Origin: Zootoca vivipara
Lineage: Eukaryota
Assembly: GCF_963506605.1 (NCBI RefSeq)
Contig: NC_083276.1
Span: 105,028,001-105,092,000 of the forward strand
Direction: 5' to 3'
Length of the DNA: 64,000 nucleotides
Below the pieces are notes generated by a model, which searched no databases, was not told the DNA's origin, and saw only the letters and a list, made by a program, of their open reading frames with translations. Below, piece by piece: positions 48,791 through 60,613 of the stretch. The number at the start of each line of letters is the position of its first letter. Position 1 is the first letter of the stretch. Made by a program: the position numbers and the translations under genes.

Positions 48791-49286
48791 TATGACCTCA
48801 CAAGTGTCCCTATTCTCCAGGGACACTCCCAGATTTACAGAAGGTCTCCCAGTTTCTGATTTGATCCTGGGATGTACTGCTTTTCTTTAGGACGTCCCTA
48901 TTTTCACCCGAGAAATATTGGAGGATACGGAGTTATGCAACCCCCGAGCCAAGGAGATAAGTAACTATACAGTGGTACCTCGGTTTGCAAACACAATTGG
49001 TTCCGGAAGTCCGTACTTAACCTGAAGCGTACTTAACCTGAAGCGAACTTTCCCATTGAAAGTAATGGAAAGTTGATTAATCCGTTCCAGACGGGTCCGC
49101 GGAGTACTTAAACTGAAAATACTCAAACCGAGGCGTACTTAAACAGAGGTATGACTGTACAACCTTTAAAAGACATCTGAAGGCAGCCCTGTGCGGGGAA
49201 GCTTTTTAATGTGTAATGTTTATTATGTTTTTATATATGTTGGAACCCGCCCAAAGTGGCTGGGGCAACCCAGTCAGATGGATGGG

Positions 49287-49336
<50 letters not shown>

Positions 49337-49375
49337 GGATGTCCCTATTTTCATTAGGGATATGTTGGAGAGTAT
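48791..49375 (+). mobile_element. chimeric hAT-like element carrying an L2 3' end (copy B)
   Basis: same architecture as 36166-36950; L2 part KEISNY-TFKRHLKAAL; (TAT)n tail; second right end TAGGATGTCCCTATTTTC..ATGTTGGAGAGTATG. Confidence 0.75.
48970..49157. mobile_element. pogo/Tigger-like MITE nested in copy B
   Basis: CAGTGGTACCTCGGTTT / AAACAGAGGTATGACTG; TA TSD. Confidence 0.9.
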
Positions 49376-51430
49376 GGCCTCATGGACACAACTATGTGAA
49401 GGAAGCCAAGTCTCAGATGGTGCACTTTTGGGGAGCAGCTGGTAAATGCACTGCTATGTTCCCAAACGCCCACATGATGGACTGGCACATTCATTTCTTC
49501 CCCTATATTGTTGCCAGTTTTAGAATACATTTTCAGAGCCCCTGGACAGCTTTTTCCTTCATGCGGCACAGTCAAGTGGTTGGGGTGTGTGTTGCAGTGG
49601 CACACCTCTGCTTTAGCCTTCTGTTAAATAAACTGGCAATTAACAGTACAGCAGATCTTGTTGCCCCTCCCTTGGGAGGCTTTTGTAAACATTTAGGGTG
49701 CATTGCTTAAAATTGCAACACCATTTCAAGAGAACTTAAAGAGCAATCAAACGACATGATGTGGTTTTCGTATGAAGAGAAAGAAAGTCAGCTCCTCGAT
49801 GCCAAATGTGAACAGCAGCCGTGAAACCCCTGCAGCCTCTGTAGTTGAATCAAGGTTTAGGGAAATATGTTTTAGGATTCATTTTGTTTTATTTTTAACC
49901 TGACTCTGAAATGCCAGAGCTTCAGGAATATCGATTTTATACTGTATACCATAAAAAGCTATCATTCAAGGCAGAATAAAGAGGAAAATCCATTCTGCAG
50001 AAAACTAATGCATACATAGAATCACTTCAACACATATTTTAAAGTACATTATGCAATACATTAAAAATAATGATTTTGAGACAAATTAAGCCATAACAGC
50101 CTCAAATCAGTTTGCCTACACAGTTAATATGTTGATTAATGTCCTGTTAGAACCAAGACACTCATTTTTATCTCATTATTCAACTCAGTGTTTTCCCAAA
50201 GCTATTGAATAAAAATGTAATTATTGCTCTAAATTATGTTATTATTAACTTTCGCATGGTGTTTCTTGATAAACAGCATCACAAATAGTAGAGCCTAGTG
50301 GCAGAGAGACAAGAATAAAAACCACATCAATAAACAGAGCCATTTAGAAATATGTATTGGAGGAGGATTCGGGCAAATAAAAAGTAGGCAGGGTTTTCAA
50401 GAATATAAAAAGACAATATGGGACCAAGTTGCTTAAACACTGGGGTGATGGATCTTACTCTTTTTTTTTCAATTAAAGTGCAATGGCTGTGAAAAAAAAA
50501 GTAATGTTGTTGTCTTTTAAGCTGCACACTGGAACTAAGCATTATGGTTGACAATCCTTCTCTCTCTCCTGTGAATTTGGCTTTGCAAAATGTAGGGATG
50601 TGGGAACATTTTGTGGAAATTCTTGAGCTCCACTACACTCCTTTGGCTGCTGTGGTGGTCATGCTGAGGATATAGGCAATGCAACCATTATGCTATGAGT
50701 CAATTTTGCTATGCAAACCATATGCTATGAGTCAATTTTGCATTTCTAAATATAAGGGAGGTGGTAGAGAGTATGAGACTGATGTACATGGTGTTAAGAT
50801 ACGGGGCACCTGTAATATGTAGCTGTGGCTTGGTTTTTTATGTTATATGGGGAAAGCCATTCATAACCTCATAGTTTCAAAAGTGACCTTACCTAAGGTC
50901 CTTCGTGCAAGTGCTCCTTTATGCTTTTCCAATACCAAAAGTCTCAAAGGGCCAGTTGTGAGTGACCTTTACCTAAAACAAACACGAGCCCAGGAAAAGC
51001 AGGTGTGGGATCTGGTCTGGGCGCCTGGATACTTTATGGAACTCCCGTCTCCCCCCCCCCCCCCGCGCCTTGTAAGAGATATTATTATACAATTCATCGT
51101 AACAAAGCATCTATGAAGTCTTCAAAGATAACTGTATCAATATTCCACTTGAGTTTTATTCTAACTAAGCGAGCTCTTTTCAGAGTTATGATTTTGACAT
51201 TGTTATGCAAAACCCTATTTTCATGCATTCATTCCCACAAGAATGGTGCCTGCTCCCAGTAATGTTATCTAATTCAGGACGAAAGAGTGCTGCTGAATTT
51301 GGCACTTGTGGTTTCTTTGGTTCTGTGATTAAGAATGATACATTTTTAAAATGGGCTTTTTGAAAAACAACACTACATTTGCAGCCGACAATTTGAGCTA
51401 GCCGAGTTGTTGTTTCGGCTCACAGGGTAT

Positions 51431-51894
51431 ATAGAATCATAGAATCATAGAGTTGGGAGAGACCACAAGGGCCATCCAGTCCAACCCCCTGCCAAGCAGG
51501 AAACACCATCAAAGCATTCCTGACAGATGGCTGTCAAGCCTCCGCTTAAAGACCTCCACTGTCGGACAGCAAATTCCACTGTTGAACAGCTCTTACTGTC
51601 AGGAAGTTCTTCCTAATGTTTAGGTGGAATCTTCTTTCTTGAATCCATTGCTCTGTGTCCGCTTCTCTGGAGCAGCAGAAAACAACCTTTCACCCTCTTC
51701 TATATGACATCCTTTTATATATTTGAACATGGCTATCATATCACCCCTTAACCTTCTCTTCTTCAGGCTAAACATGCCCAGCTCCCTAAGCCATTCCTCA
51801 TAAGGCATTGTTTCCAGGCCTTTGACCATTTTGGTTGCCCTCTTCTGGACACGTTCCAGCTTGTCAGTATCCTTCTTGAACTGTGGTGCCCAGA
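51431..51894 (-). mobile_element. CR1 LINE 3' end (young)
   Basis: [44 protein letters not shown]; (TAGAATCA)n tail. Confidence 0.96.
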
Positions 51895-52398
51895 TGTCCT
51901 TGATGTTGGCTGGTTTCCACAACCAGTAAAGTCAGAGTTCTTCAATTTAACTTGATTTGACCCCACTAATCAGTAACCTAAATTTCAACTGAAAAAAATC
52001 AGTTCAAATGTTTAGTTACCACAACAACATAAGTAGCAACGAACACGGGCCTAGCCTATCATCCACTCATAATTCCTCTTGATTTCAGTGGGAGAGTTAA
52101 GCACATTTCATTTTATTCCACTGAAGAAACTTAAAAACAGTTACCTTTGGCTGGATCATTCCCAGTATGAATTAGCTAAAAAAGTTGACGGAAGAAACCT
52201 CATAGATATGAGCTGTGGATATATATAAACTGGGGTAACCATAAACCTTGTGTCATAGCTTCATTCGCAAGCTAAGGGTGGCAATGGCTCCTGCTTAATA
52301 AAGGACAGTCCTCTGTTTGAAGGAGTCCCTGATTTGAAGGGCTATCTGGTCCAAGAAGAGAGAGCAGGAGGGGCCTTGAAGTTGCCCATCAACAGTTC

Positions 52399-52523
52399 TA
52401 GGGTTGCCATATTTTGAAGAGCAAAAAAGAGGGCACATTTGCCGACTTCTACTTTTGACTATGGATTGCTATCATGACTCTACCCTTGAAAAAAGAGGAT
52501 GGAGAGGACATATTGCAACCCTA
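52399..52523. mobile_element. hAT (Blackjack-like) MITE
   Basis: TIR TAGGGTTGCCATAT / ATATTGCAACCCTA; no TSD seen. Confidence 0.65.
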
Positions 52524-52599
52524 TGGTAGCAGCACCTGGGCAGGCACAAAGGTCACCCTGTCATAGCTTTCCCCACTATGGTGAGATACTTGTATTCTT

Positions 52600-53265
52600 A
52601 ATTGTTGGCATTCATCTCTCTCAATTGACAGTGCATTGCACCTCCAGCGGTGAAGCCAAATTGCTGTGTTAGCAGCACCAAAGTGACCTTGCTGGGGCGC
52701 AGGCCTGAGCAGTGTGTATGGAGGTCTTTAATATTCCTTAAAGATGCTCCAGTGTCCATTTCATAATTGCTACTGAGTGGCAAACTATTGTTGGCATCCA
52801 CCTGTCTCTAGAGGTTGAAGTCAAACCACTACCTTAGCAGCACCAAAGTAACCTCCCCGGGTCACAAGCCTGAGAGTGTGTGTATGGAGGTCCTAGCTGC
52901 CCAGATGACCTCTGGGCATCATTAATATGGTTCAAAGGAAAGCAGAGCAATACATTTGGCACCAGCTTGGCTGCAGGCATACAGGGTACCATCCAACCAT
53001 CTTAGGACTCCACTCTGGATTTGTGTAGAGTTTACTCCTTAGCCTTTCTTTTCTCCCAAAGGTATACTGCCAGGCAGTGGAGAGTTAGGGTCAGGGTCTT
53101 CCTTCTCTTAGATGGGCTACCTTCCCAGGTTGACAAGTCCCATCCACCCCTCACTTCCCTCTACAACTTGGTCAGAAACTGTCTTCTTGACTGTTGGACC
53201 TACTATTGGTCTCATCCGCTCAATCCATCAGAGCATGTCTCCACATACAAGGGAAGTCCCTAACT
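52600..53265 (-). mobile_element. two tandem copies of a bipartite non-autonomous RTE (5' UTR fused to 3' tail)
   Basis: repeated TGTTGGCAT..TTAGCAGCACCAAAGT..GTGTATGGAGGTC at ~52602 and ~52787; RTE-type 5' UTR motif GGGAAGGTAGCCCATCTAAGAGAAGGAA on the minus strand. Confidence 0.6.
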
Positions 53266-53275
53266 CTTAGTTAAA

Positions 53276-53454
53276 GTTACAGGTAGGTAGCCGTGTTGGT
53301 CTGATGCAGTCAAAACAAAATTAAAAAAATCCTTCCAGTAGCGCCTTAGAGACCAACTAAGTTTGTCATAGGTATGAGCTTTCATGTGCATGCACACTTC
53401 TTCAGATAGTGTTCAGATAGTGTTTCGTGTGCATGCACACTTCTTCAGATAGTT
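53276..53454 (-). mobile_element. Penelope pLTR mini-insertion with a tandemly duplicated hammerhead core
   Basis: TSD TCTTAGTTAAAG (53265-53276 / 53455-53466); two CTGAAGAAGTGTGCATGCACAYGAAA units. Confidence 0.88.
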
Positions 53455-53461
53455 TCTTAGT

Positions 53462-53783
53462 TAAAGGTAAAGGTACCCCGGTCCAGTCGCGGATGATTCT
53501 GGGGTTGCGGCTCTCATCTCGCTCTATAGGCTGAGGGAGCTGGTGTTTGTCCACAGACATGACTAAGCCACTTCTGGCGAACCAGAGCAGCGCACGGAAA
53601 CACCATTTACCTTCCCGCTGGAGCAGTACCTATTTATTTACTTGCACTTTGATGTGCTTTCGAACTGCTAGGTTGGCAGGAGGAGAGACCGAGCAACGGG
53701 AGCTCACCTTGTCGCGGGGATTCGAACTGCCGACCTTCTGATCAGCAAGCCCTAGGCTCTGTGGTTTAGACCACAGCGCCACC
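53462..53783 (-). mobile_element. Sauria SINE
   Basis: TSD CCCTAACTCTTAGTTA (53258-53273 / 53782-53797). Confidence 0.93.
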
Positions 53784-55304
53784 CTAACTCTTAGTTACAT
53801 TATGATAATTAATTTTGCCTTTGTATATATAAATTAGGATATGTGAATTTAATGCAAATCAATATCCTCTGTTGCCCCCTTATTGCAGTGGCCACTCATA
53901 TAGGCATGACCAAACCACAGTTGACAACAGATCAGCCTCTTTTTTAAAAAGAAGAAGAAGAAGAGTTTTTTGTTTTATTTGAGAATGTGTATTTAAGTCT
54001 AGATTTTCAAGATAGCTTACAAAAGAGAACCATAAAACCCATATAAAACAGATCAGAAACAATTGAAATAAAAGCAATTATCGCAGCAACAGTAAAAATA
54101 CAAAAAGCAGTAGATATAAAATCAATTAGTAAGTGACTAACACTTATTCCAGACTGAAAGCATTCTTTATCATCAGTTTACTCATGGTACAACACTCCTG
54201 AGAGTCAAGTTTCAGCAGCAAGAGAAGCATTCTCTGCTCATCACACACGTAAGAGAAATAGGTAGATTGTACACTTCTGATGTGGGAAGGAGATGATCTT
54301 GTTGTTGTTTACCGTTGTGTGTGTGCTTTCTGCATGCGGCTGTAAGCAGGAGAAAGCATAACATTTTCTTTCTTTTTAAAAAAACAAGGTGCCTCATCCA
54401 AAATTCATGCAAACGAGAGTCTATCTTTCATATGAATTTGGCAAGAACTTGCACAGACTTTGCAAACCCAAAAAAACCAAAGACCTTGCCAAGAGAATTA
54501 AATGCAAAGACAAGTGTTACTTGCTGAAATAAGGTGCCTATATCTAGTCCATTTGTACTACCAAAGCATAGCAAGATAAATCTATCAAAATAGTTAGAAA
54601 AGGAATGTAGTTATTACTTAAACACATGGACAATGCAGTAGGAGGAAAACTGCAGTTCTGTTAGTGAGTTTAGTTTCCTTTGGCAACCTCCATATAGATT
54701 GCCAGGAATTGTCATGTACTTCAATTCCAGCCCTTCTTTATCCTAGTTAGTATCTCATCTTTTTCATGTTCCAGAAAGCTCAGCTCTTGTTTGTGTCAGT
54801 CCCTGGGTCATGCATGCGATGACAGAGACATTCTCTTTTTTTTCTTGGCAAAATTAGAAATGCTTATCCTGAACATTTTCTAGAGTAGAAAAGGGCTTTA
54901 TAGGAGTCTTTTCACTATTTCAAAGCTCTTGGGAAGAGCTTTGGGGAAAGATGTCTGCTGCTTTGCTTAGTTTTTAAAAAATATATATTTAAAGGCTACA
55001 ATCCTATTCACATTTACCTAGGAGTAAGACCTGCTGAACTCTGTCTGTCTTACTTTGGGGGGAATTATTAGTGTTACACTAACCCTTTGATTAAAAATGC
55101 CCCAACTCATTGCAAGCGATCAGCATCTTGAAAAGCTAGTCTAAAAGCTTGGAGAAGACAATGCTCATGATGTTGAATTTGGCTATATCTCTTAGCCTTT
55201 CCATCCAGAATCTTAGTCAGCTCCCCTTGCCCAGCTACACCCAACTCTTTCTACTCCATCACCAGGCAAGGCCTGCTCTGCTCTACTGGCAAGGGAAGAA
55301 AGGG

Positions 55305-55505
55305 AAAGAGCCAGTGTGGTATAGTGGCTAGAATGCTGGACTAGGACCTGGGAGACCAGGGTTCAAATCCCCACTCAGCCATGAAGCTCACTGGATTACC
55401 TCGGGTCAGTCACTCATTCTCAGCCTCACCTGACCTGTGAGAATAAAATGGGGAGGAGGAGGAGAAGTCTGTACCCCAGGTGGAACATAGATATTCCATA
55501 AACAA
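55305..55505 (+). mobile_element. MIR-like CORE SINE with A and B boxes
   Basis: TGGTATAGTGG A-box, GGTTCAAATCC B-box, then the core. Confidence 0.82.
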
Positions 55506-55835
55506 ATGAAAAGATCTATCATAGATCATGTTGTAAACTGCCATGAGATCTTCAGATGAAGGATGGTATACAAATTAAATAAATAAATAAATATTAGGGC
55601 TAGGAAGGATCTTTGGTGAAGTGGCTTTTGGGAATTCTCCCAGCTGCCTCCTTCTTTCATAGCATATTTTTAAGGGCAGATCTTTTAGAAGGGTTGATCA
55701 GCTCACCCGTTACATGGGATCCAGAGGTCTTCCATTAAGGATTACAAACACAACATCTTCTTGGCACGCAACACACAATATTTCTTTCCCCCAAAAGGCC
55801 AAGTGTTGCAGTTTGGAATGTTGCCTTGAATATAA

Positions 55836-55905
55836 AAAGGTAAAGGGACCCCAGAGCAGCACATGGAAACGCCGTTTACCTTCCCGCTGTAGCGGTTCCT
55901 ATTTA
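55836..55905 (-). mobile_element. internally deleted Sauria SINE fragment
   Basis: tail AAAGGTAAAGGGACCCC fused directly to CAGAGCAGCACATGGAAACG..CCTATTTA. Confidence 0.8.
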
Positions 55906-56045
55906 GCCTTGCGGGCCTTTCCAGGAAAACAAAAAACAAAAAAAAAGTAGTAGTAGAGGAATTGTTTCAGCTGATCATCTGGATAACCCTAATAATACAT
56001 GGCACAATTCCACAAGCCAGCTACTTTTGGAGCCTTTCTAAAGCT

Positions 56046-56252
56046 CCTTCCAGTAGCACCTTAGAGACCAACTAAGTTTGTCATTGGTATGAGCTTTCAT
56101 GTGCATGCACACGTCTTCAGGTACACTTCTTCGTGCATGCACATGAAAGCTCATACCAATGACAAACTTAGTTGTTCTCTGAGGTGCTACTGGAAGGAAT
56201 TTTTTTATTTCGTTTCGACTACGCCAGGCCGACACGGCTACCTACCTGTAAC
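56046..56252. mobile_element. Penelope pLTR head-to-head inverted mini-insertion
   Basis: 66-bp arms at 56045-56110 / 56133-56198 (2 mismatches); TSD CTTTCTAAAGCT. Confidence 0.9.
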
Positions 56253-57415
56253 TTTCTAAAGCTGGCGCTTAGGTGGGCACACTTTTTTTGATTAACAGTA
56301 TCTAATGTATATGGATGGGTGTGTGCAATGGCATAACATTTAAAGTCCAAAGCCTGGGATCAAGAGAAGAGGAAGTATATGTGAATGATGAATTAGTGAA
56401 TATAATTATTGAGATACAATGGGACACGATGCAATTAAATAACATCAGAGAAAGAGTAGTAACCCAGACACAGATGATGAGCATTGGATATGGAACTACT
56501 CTTGTGAACGGAGGCTTGTCTTTTATCTCCACAAAAGTAGGGAAGCAGGTACTGAAGAGGAGGAGGAGGTGGTGGTGGTGATGGTGTGAGGGATGCTTAG
56601 CTTGATTGAGAAAGGTTAATTACATGTGAAATGAGACTGGGATTCAGGCTGTGTTTGCTCTAGATTTTGTGTAATGTTATATCAACACTGGGATTCTCTG
56701 TTCATCTATTAGCAAAACCAACCCGTTTTGTTTGGTTTCATTTCAGTGTTGTTTTAATCCCACTGAACATTTATACTGTTATTTTAATTCTGCTAAACAT
56801 GTGTGGATAGTAAAATACTTCCGGAATTAAACTAGCAACGGGTATGGAAAGTGATCCAGTCCTCATAAAGATTTGATCTGTTAATTAGCCATACCAATTT
56901 TATGGATCATTGCCACCCACTTAAAACACATTGTTATACGTTCATAATCTTTGCATAATGAGCTTTTATGGAGTATAGAGGCCAACTTTAGTGCAATGTT
57001 CAACAAAGCCTTTTTCCCTCACCTAGTCATTCATAACTACATTCCATAGGGAAAATAAGCAGATAAGGATTCTTAAAATATTTACCCTGCCCTAGATATG
57101 GAAGACTTAGACCCTTTGAAAAATTATGGACACATTTTCCATGTATAGAATTAAATGCATACATGGTTGGTGCTATCCTCATAGTATTATAAGAAGGGAA
57201 GTAAAATCCATTGTCTAGCTCCCATAATATACGAAAGGACAACCTAAATATGGGTCATCTGCAGGTCAGCCTCCACAATTTTGGTCACTATGTACAATAA
57301 GCAGAGAGGAGATAGCATCACATCCATTCTGTGCCTGTTGAGGAAATTGCACTGGATGGATATTGGGGGGGGGGGTTTGAACCAAACCTAAATGAAAGAC
57401 CAATATGGCCTAGAG

Positions 57416-57550
57416 CAGGCACCCCAAACTGCGGCCCTCCAGATGTTTTGGCCTACAACTCCCATGACCCCTAGCTAATAGGACCAGTGATCAGGGATGA
57501 TGGGAATTGTAGTCCAAAACATCTGGAGGGCCGAAGTTTGGGGATGCCTG
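57416..57550. mobile_element. 136-bp-family hAT MITE
   Basis: TIRs as at 42924; TSD GCCTAGAG. Confidence 0.95.
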
Positions 57551-59913
57551 GCCTAGAGTAAAATGTGTCCTCTTATCTCAAATGTGGTTGGCTCATGAGT
57601 GTGCACAAACACCACAATGAGTGGAACTCCCAGAACCATTCTATCTATCATCTCATCAACTTGGCTGATAAAACTCCCAGGCTGGCTGGGGAGACTGGAA
57701 TTTGAGTCCAAGACCTTCTGGAGGGATGCAGTTACACCACCGCTGACTTACAATAACCTTTTGATAAAGATGTAGACTTTGAGGCTTAAGACAAAAACCA
57801 GAATGAGGATGGTTGCATAGTTCTCTTGGCTTAGAAGGCAATCCACCCAACCACCACTAAAGTCTAGAATAGGACTCTTTTGGGAATTTAGCACAATTCT
57901 ATTATGTACATATATCATCCAATCATAGTCCCTGAGTTTCAGTCCTATAGCTTTGTGACATGATACTGTATTAATAGCTACACTAATTAGTGAAAGGTTC
58001 ACAGCCTCTTTCAGCAAAAGGATTATCAGGCCCTTATTAGAACGATCCAATCCTCTTGGGTCTGCAAAACTGAGCTGGCAATCTCACAAGAATTGATTTC
58101 CTTTCTTGAGACACAGGACTTCCTGCTTCTAGTCAGGCCGGAAATGCCAGAAGAACACCTTTGTATTTTAGAGCTTCTGCTTCTGGGCAATTTCAAGAAG
58201 CAAAAAGGCAAGGATGAAGGGGAAAGGTAAGTCAAGCCAAATGGAGAGGTGGACTGGAAGGGAGAGCTACCCAAAAAGGGGCTTGAAGCAAACAGCGTTT
58301 TGTACAGGGAACAACTCCAGTCCTTGTTCAAACCCTCTAACTAGTATTAATGTATGGTACATACAAATTCTAAATGAAATTAAGCCAGAATAAAACTCAT
58401 TTGCATGCCGATGTGAAAACTTTGCTTCTCAATAGAGTTGCTTGTGAGGAAACAAAGTTCAAAACAATTGCCGAGTTAAAAATACTGTATAAGCTATGGA
58501 GTAGAACAGAGAGCTCCCCCCTCCCCGAGCCACTTAAGTTTCCCAGAATCCCATGAACTGGGTTTTTCTTTTTAAATTAATCCTAGGTCTATTTAGGAAC
58601 TTCCAATGGGAAAGCAGTTTGTTAAGTTGTGGGTAAGCATAGCAGACGACACAGCAATCTCTCCAAAGCAGCTCTTTATTTGGAAGCTGGATCAGAACTG
58701 AACTGCATTGCCGAGCTGGCCTCCTTTTTAGAGGCTGGCTCAAACAATGTATCAAGCATAATTCAAAGTTCCCTCCTAAAGTTCCCTCCTAAAACAACTG
58801 TCAAGGACCTGAGGGAAAACTATATACACTAATACATAACACAGTTTAACTCTTCCTTACCCAGCTGTGATTCTGATGGAAATATCCTCTCCTGGTAATG
58901 GTCAATGCAAAAAAAAAATTTTTTTTTAATCTCCCATTGCTACCACTATGAAGTTTCTCTGCAATCGCTAATCGCAATACAGCGAGTGGCTTATATGGGA
59001 TCATGCCTGGGGAGGGAAGAGTTAAGTCCCCTATGTGTATAGGCTGTGGTCCCAATGAAAAGTACCTAGAATTAAATTCCCAAACCAGTTGTAATACACT
59101 CATAAGCAGATGGGATGCAGGTCACATCCAGAGCCTGATGAACGCTGCGCACTCTGCAATTTGCCGCAGGTGGTTCCACTGCAGATTTCAGTGAAAGAAA
59201 TGTGAAGGGAGCATCCCTAGTCAAACAAAAGGCAATTTGTCAGTTTCTGCCTCTCCCCATGGGCTCCTGTTGTTTTGTGCTCTCCTCAGATATGGCAGTC
59301 TGGTTTATAACTCAAGTATAGACAGCAAAGGGGGGGGAAGGGGTTCCCAGGAAGGAGGTGCTGAATCTGGTTTCTGTAAACTTTTAAAAATAGCTATACT
59401 TTACAGCGCAGCTAGAGAATTCCCAGCCCAGTGTAAGCTGAAACACAAATGTGTTTCACCGGCATCACCATGGCATTTCTTCTGTTAAACAAAAACAAAA
59501 ACAAAAAAATCTTAGGGGTACATTAATTCTGCTACACTCCCTGCTCCCTGATTATTATTTAATTAGGCACAAGAAGATTTAAAAAAAATAAAATAAAAGC
59601 GTGAATCACCCAAGTCTGGTGTTATGCACTGACATCAACTAAGTTAACAATTCAAGGGTCAGTATTTGCAAAAGTAAGGACAAAGCTTACAAGCATTTGG
59701 ATCCATCTAGCAACAATGTGCACCTTGGGATAATGGACTTAAAACAATTGCAATTAACAGGCTAAGACAAAGGATTAAAATTAAAAATGAATAGTGTGGC
59801 GCTTGCAGCTTGCTTGTAAAACAGCATTAAGCCAACTTAATCCATTTTAATTCCGGGGTTGGGGGGGGGAACCTACCGGCACAAATGAAATAGATTTGGG
59901 AGGAGGGTGTCGA

Positions 59914-60613
59914 NNNNNNNNNNNNNNNNNNNNNNNNNNNNNNNNNNNNNNNNNNNNNNNNNNNNNNNNNNNNNNNNNNNNNNNNNNNNNNNNNNNNNNN
60001 NNNNNNNNNNNNNNNNNNNNNNNNNNNNNNNNNNNNNNNNNNNNNNNNNNNNNNNNNNNNNNNNNNNNNNNNNNNNNNNNNNNNNNNNNNNNNNNNNNNN
60101 NNNNNNNNNNNNNNNNNNNNNNNNNNNNNNNNNNNNNNNNNNNNNNNNNNNNNNNNNNNNNNNNNNNNNNNNNNNNNNNNNNNNNNNNNNNNNNNNNNNN
60201 NNNNNCATTNNNNNNNNNNNNNNNNNNNNNNNNNNNNNNNNNNNNNNNNNNNNNNNNNNNNNNNNNNNNNNNNNNNNNNNNNNNNNNNNNNNNNNNNNNN
60301 NNNNNNNNNNNNNNNNNNNNNNNNNNNNNNNNNNNNNNNNNNNNNNNNNNNNNNNNNNNNNNNNNNNNNNNNNNNNNNNNNNNNNNNNNNNNNNNNNNNN
60401 NNNNNNNNNNNNNNNNNNNNNNNNNNNNNNNNNNNNNNNNNNNNNNNNNNNNNNNNNNNNNNNNNNNNNNNNNNNNNNNNNNNNNNNNNNNNNNNNNNNN
60501 NNNNNNNNNNNNNNNNNNNNNNNNNNNNNNNNNNNNNNNNNNNNNNNNNNNNNNNNNNNNNNNNNNNNNNNNNNNNNNNNNNNNNNNNNNNNNNNNNNNN
60601 NNNNNNNNNNNNN
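59914..60613. other. assembly gap (N run with an isolated CATT at 60206-60209)
   Basis: direct reading. Confidence 0.99.

Noticed and set aside
56315-56600. Faint CR1 endonuclease N-terminus similarity (QSLGSREEE..IIIEIQWD)
   Set aside because: Too degenerate to call without an HMM search
60206-60209. Isolated CATT within the gap
   Set aside because: Scaffolding or gap-fill remnant
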